From NCBI RefSeq assembly GCF_009914755.1, contig NC_060933.1: a stretch of DNA of 64,000 nt; one strand, given 5' to 3'. The notes under the pieces are model-generated. The model made no database searches, was not told the origin of the DNA, and saw nothing but the letters and a program-made list of their open reading frames with translations. Positions 58,491 through 64,000 of the stretch are shown in pieces. The stretch comes from the human T2T-CHM13v2.0 reference genome, Homo sapiens. The first letter of the stretch is position 1. The number at the start of each line of letters is the position of its first letter. A program made the translations under genes and the position numbers.

Positions 58491-60636
58491 TGTGAATGGA
58501 CTTAGGAGAAATTTGTGGCAAAAGTAGATTTTTCATAAGAAATAGTAGTATTTTTAAACCTGGATTTTTCTTGTTGTTTTTCTTTGTTTTATTCTTTGAT
58601 TGTTTTTTTCATGGTTGGTTAACTGAATAAAGTTGTGTCCATAACTATTCTGTTTTTTTATAATTCCGCCGTGGCATGTCCCAGATATCATAGTCCTCAG
58701 TAGCTAAATGCCAGTGCTAGCTATACCACTATAACAATAATAGTGTTAATAATAGGTTATGTGTATTAAAAGTTTATTAGCACCATGACCCACTGGGGTT
58801 ATGCTCCGGGTGTGTTTGGCTCCTTCAGCAATTGGAAATCAATTAATGTAATCCACTGTACAATAGGCTAGGGTAGAAAAATCATATTATTATATCATTT
58901 GACCTGAAAAAGCATCTCACAAAGTCCAGTACTCATTCATAATTAAAAAAAAAATCTCAGCCAATTAGGAATAGAACAGAACTTCTTCAACTTGATAAAG
59001 AACATCTACAAAAGTCCTTCAGCCAACATCATACATAATGGTAAGACACTGAATACTTTCCCCCTAAGACTGGGAACAAGGCAAGGATGTGCTCTCTTAT
59101 CCATTCTGTACAACATCTTACTGCAAGTCCTGGCTAGTACAGTAAGACAAGAAAATAAATAAATAAAATGTATACAGATTGGAAAGGAAGAAGTAAAACA
59201 ACCTTTATACATAGGTGACGTGATTATCTAGATAGAAAATTCCAAAGAAATCTCCAAAAATACTCCTGGAACTAAGAAGTGAGTAAGCAGAGTTGCAGGA
59301 CACAGGCCAGTATACAAGAGTCAATTGATTTCCTCTAGACCAGCAATGAGGAACTGCAATTTGAAGTTAACAAACAATACCATTTACAATATCACCAAGA
59401 AAACCATAAAACTTAGATATACCTCTAACAAAATATGTACAGGTTCTGTTAATATGGAAACCTCAAAAACTGATAAAAGAAATCAAAGTGGAGCTAAATA
59501 AATAGAGAAATACTCCATCTTCATGGAATGGAAGACTCAATACTGTTAAGATGTCAGTTCTTCCCAACTTGATCAATAGATCCAGTGCAATCCCAATCAA
59601 AATCCTAGAAAGCTGTTTTACAAATATCAACACAATACTGAAAAAGAATAAAATTGGAAGACTCACTCTACCTGATTTCAGCACTTACTGTAAAGCTACA
59701 GTTATCAAGACAGCATGGTATTGGCGAAAGAATTGGCCCCATAGGTCGATGGAGCTGATAAATAGACCTACACAAATATGGTCAGCTGATCTTTGATAAA
59801 GGTACAAGGGCATTCAGCGGAGAAAGGACAAGTGGTGCTGGAAGAATTTAAATATTTGTGTGTATATGCAAAAAAAAAAAAATGAACCTAGACACAGACC
59901 TTAGACCTTTCCTAAAAATTAATTGAAAATGGATCATAGGCCTAAAGGTAAAAGACAAAACTATAAAACTTTTAGGAGAAAACGTAGAAGAAAACCTGTA
60001 TGACCTTGGATTTGTTAATGAGTTATCAGATAAAACACCAAAAGCAGAATTCATGAAAGAAAAAATAAGTTGGAACTTTATGAAAATTAAATTTTTTTCA
60101 CTCTGCAAAACACATGGTAAAGAGAATTAAAAGACTTACCACAGATTGGGAGAAAATATTTGCAAAACACATATATGATAAAGGAGTTGTATCCAAAATT
60201 TACTCTTGAAACTCAACAATAAGAAAATAGCCCAATTAAAAAATGGGCAAAAGATCTGAAGAAAGCTCACCAAAGAAGATATGCAGATGGCAAATAAACA
60301 TATGACAAGATGCTCAACATTATTTGTCATTAGGGAAACACAAAACACTACATACCTATTAGAATGTCTACATAAAACAAACAAAAAACCCTGATAACAC
60401 CAATTGCCGTCAAAGATCTGAAGCAACACAAACTCTTATTCATTGCTGGTGGGAATGTGAAATGAGACACTCAATCCAGCAATTGCAATCCTAGGTATTT
60501 ACCTAGCTGATCTGAAAACTTATATCCACACACAAAAAACAGCACACAAATGTTTATAGCAGCTTTATTCATAGTTGTTGAAAATCAGAAGTAACCAAGA
60601 TATCATCCTTCATTAGGTAAGGTAAATGGATAATAA

Positions 60637-61251
<615 letters not shown>

Positions 61252-62194
61252 TGGATGAATCTTAAGTGCATATTGCCAAGTGAAAAAAGCCAGTCTTGAA
61301 AGGTTGCATATGGAGGATGCCTTTTCTCTTTTCTTCCTCCTCCTGAATCATTATTGTTGGTTTATTACAAAGCAAAGAAAATGTTCTTGCTAGCATAAAT
61401 CAAGTTATCAACATGATTATACTTCTACATTTATATTTCCTTTTTTGACATTCTGGAAGAGGTAAAGCTATAGAGATGATAAACAAATCAGTGTTTGTCA
61501 GGGCTTTGGAAAGGGGAGAGGGCTGAATAGGTGAAGCCTGGGTTTTTATTTATTTATTTTTTTAAGGCAGTGAAACTATATGATATTGTCATGTTGGATA
61601 CATGACACAGTGCATTTGTGAACTTTATAGCACCAAGAGGAAACCTTAATATATGCAAATTTTTAAAATTCAACTTGAGGGATCAGTGTAACACTTTGTT
61701 ACATTTTGTTACGTATAATATTACAAAATGTTATAGCAGAATGTAACAAAAGAATCTATTATAAATGTATGAACAACCTCACTGAGGACAGGGAGAGAAA
61801 ACTTTGCTGACCTAAGTAAATTTGTAATAGAGTGGAGCCTATAAGGCTAAAGACAAAGGAACTGTATATAAACACCATACTCCATTTGATAAAGTTGTTT
61901 CCCAAGGGGGATGGGTAACAATTCTGAAACCATTATCCCTGTGTACTGGAATCAAACAATGTAAGAAATAGATGAATATAAGAGAGTATAATGAAATGGA
62001 TGGCAGATGGTGGGAACCAAGTTTCTCACTGTTGGAGTGGGAAATTACAGATAAGCCAGGTGTGAGGAGGCTAGAACGACCCACGTGGTAATGGATTACG
62101 GTTGGAGACATCAGTATGAACTCATGTTTAGCTTAATACAGATATAGATGGTTACATATAGAAATCTTTACAGATATGTGTATAGGCATGGGTT

Positions 62195-62198
<4 letters not shown>

Positions 62199-62255
<57 letters not shown>
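62199..62255. repeat. (CA)~28 microsatellite
   Basis: Direct reading, one TA interruption. Confidence 0.95.
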
Positions 62256-62258
<3 letters not shown>

Positions 62259-63099
62259 TTCTTGGCTCTGCCAGCTGAGAGGACCTAGAAACGATGATAC
62301 CCCAGTAGCAGCAAGCATACTTCATACCTGTTTTGTGCTAATCTTGGTTTCTAATACTGTTATTTGATAAAAGGAACCAGCGTTCCTTGGAGAAATGACT
62401 AATTTTAAGACTAAGGCAAGAAATATAAAAGATGAGCCTGTTGCATATTGTATTGCCAGAAGGTAAGGAAGTGCTCAAACTAACAAACCAAAACAATACA
62501 GGGGTTGTGTCAAAGGGATGCAGGAGCCAACTGAAAGAACTCTCAAAGGCCAAAGCTGGAACAATTTGAGCAGCATATAAATAATAGTATTGGATTGTAA
62601 CCCAAAGTATAAAATAAATATCCACAAATCTATACTGATATAAATAAATGTGGAAGAATCGACAAATCTCTCATGCAGAAAATTTCAAATAATCTATGTA
62701 GATTAGATCTCAAGAAGGTAGAATGTAACTTCCCACTTGTTAAATATTGGCTGAGCTTAGTGACTTCCTTGCAGAGTTTGAAGTGGTAGTGTAAATTGTG
62801 TAACCAATTCCCTATCAATGGGCTTTTAAAAATTGTAGATAGTGCTTCAATGAAACCTTGTGTATCTGTGTTTCTATATTTCTGTATTTTTGTAAGGTAA
62901 ATATTCTAGGGAGACTATACCTTAAACATCTTGAAAGATATGTTCAAGTTGTTCTTCAAAATGTTATTGATTTCGATTCCTCCAAACAATGTATAAGAGT
63001 ACCAATGTCTACATGCTCTTGGTACAATATATGACTCACAACATGTATTTTTATTTGATATACAAAGAGCTTTTATCAATCAATAATAAGAGAAAACCT

Positions 63100-63236
63100 G
63101 CTTTGGTGACATAGTGAGACCCCATCCATACAAAAAAAAAAAAAAAAAAAAAGCCAGGTGTGGTGATGCATGCCTGTAGTTTCAGCTACTTGACAGGCTG
63201 AGGTGGGAGGATACTCAAGCCCAGGAGTTTGAGGTT
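63100..63236 (+). mobile_element. Partial AluJ (central part)
   Basis: GTGACATAGTGAGACCCCATC-A(n)-GCCAGGTGTGGTG...CCCAGGAGTTTGAGGTTG. Confidence 0.8.
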
Positions 63237-63792
63237 GGAAGGACAGATGTCCCAGTAGAAAGATAGTTCTTCACAAGGACCTGTGCAGGCAGTTCAGAAG
63301 GCAAATAATACAAATGACCTATAAATATTTGGAACAAAAAAAGTTAACTGAAAAAAAGCAAAACAAACAAACAAAAAACACCTGAATAGTGATGAAAGAA
63401 ATGTGAAATTGAAACTGTGAAATACCATTTTTTTCCATCGAATTAGTTAAAAAAAAAAAAAAACTGATAGTAACTGGTATTGGCCTGTGTATGGCAACAT
63501 GGATCTGCTTCAACTTGTTGATGGGTAAACAAATAGACCTTTTGGAGGCCACTTTTTTTACATATACTTTTGAAAACAGGTACACACGCTTTTATTCACT
63601 CCACTTTACATGAATTTATCTGAGGACCTTAATAAAAAGTGTACAAACATATGTATAAAGATGTTCATCTCAGCATTATTACAACAAAATTAGAAATAAC
63701 CTATTCAACAGTAGAGGGTTATTTAAGAAAATGATGATACTTCTCTATGATGAAATACTTGGAAGCTGCTAAAAATTGTAGAAGAATATTCA

Positions 63793-64000
<208 letters not shown>

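Overview
Primate (human/ape-like) nuclear DNA, almost certainly a large intron or intergenic tract. It is CpG-depleted, with no CpG island and no recognisable protein-coding exon, tRNA or rRNA. It consists mostly of transposable-element fossils: about 20 Alu/FAM/FLAM copies, many MIR/L2/L3 remnants, old L1M pieces, MLT1 and MLT2A LTRs, MER33 and Tigger3. The most informative structures are: (1) a near full-length L1PA4-like LINE-1 (10070-15653) whose 5'UTR lacks exactly the +97/+622 intron, so it was copied from a spliced L1 mRNA (SpIRE-type) and sits in a three-layer L1 nest; (2) a 5'-inverted (twin-primed) L1PA2 at 18901-20013; (3) a nearly complete, heavily decayed hAT/Charlie (Buster-type) transposase fossil at about 21163-22970, interrupted by an internal L1 RT fragment lacking a 3' end, poly-A and TSD; (4) a MER33 < Tigger3 < 2 x Alu nest, with one Alu sharing private mutations with another Alu 3.3 kb away; (5) several non-repetitive, motif-dense patches that may be enhancers. 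I find no evidence for a wholly new biological system. Subfamily calls come from recalled consensus sequences, not from a search, and boundaries of old repeats are approximate.
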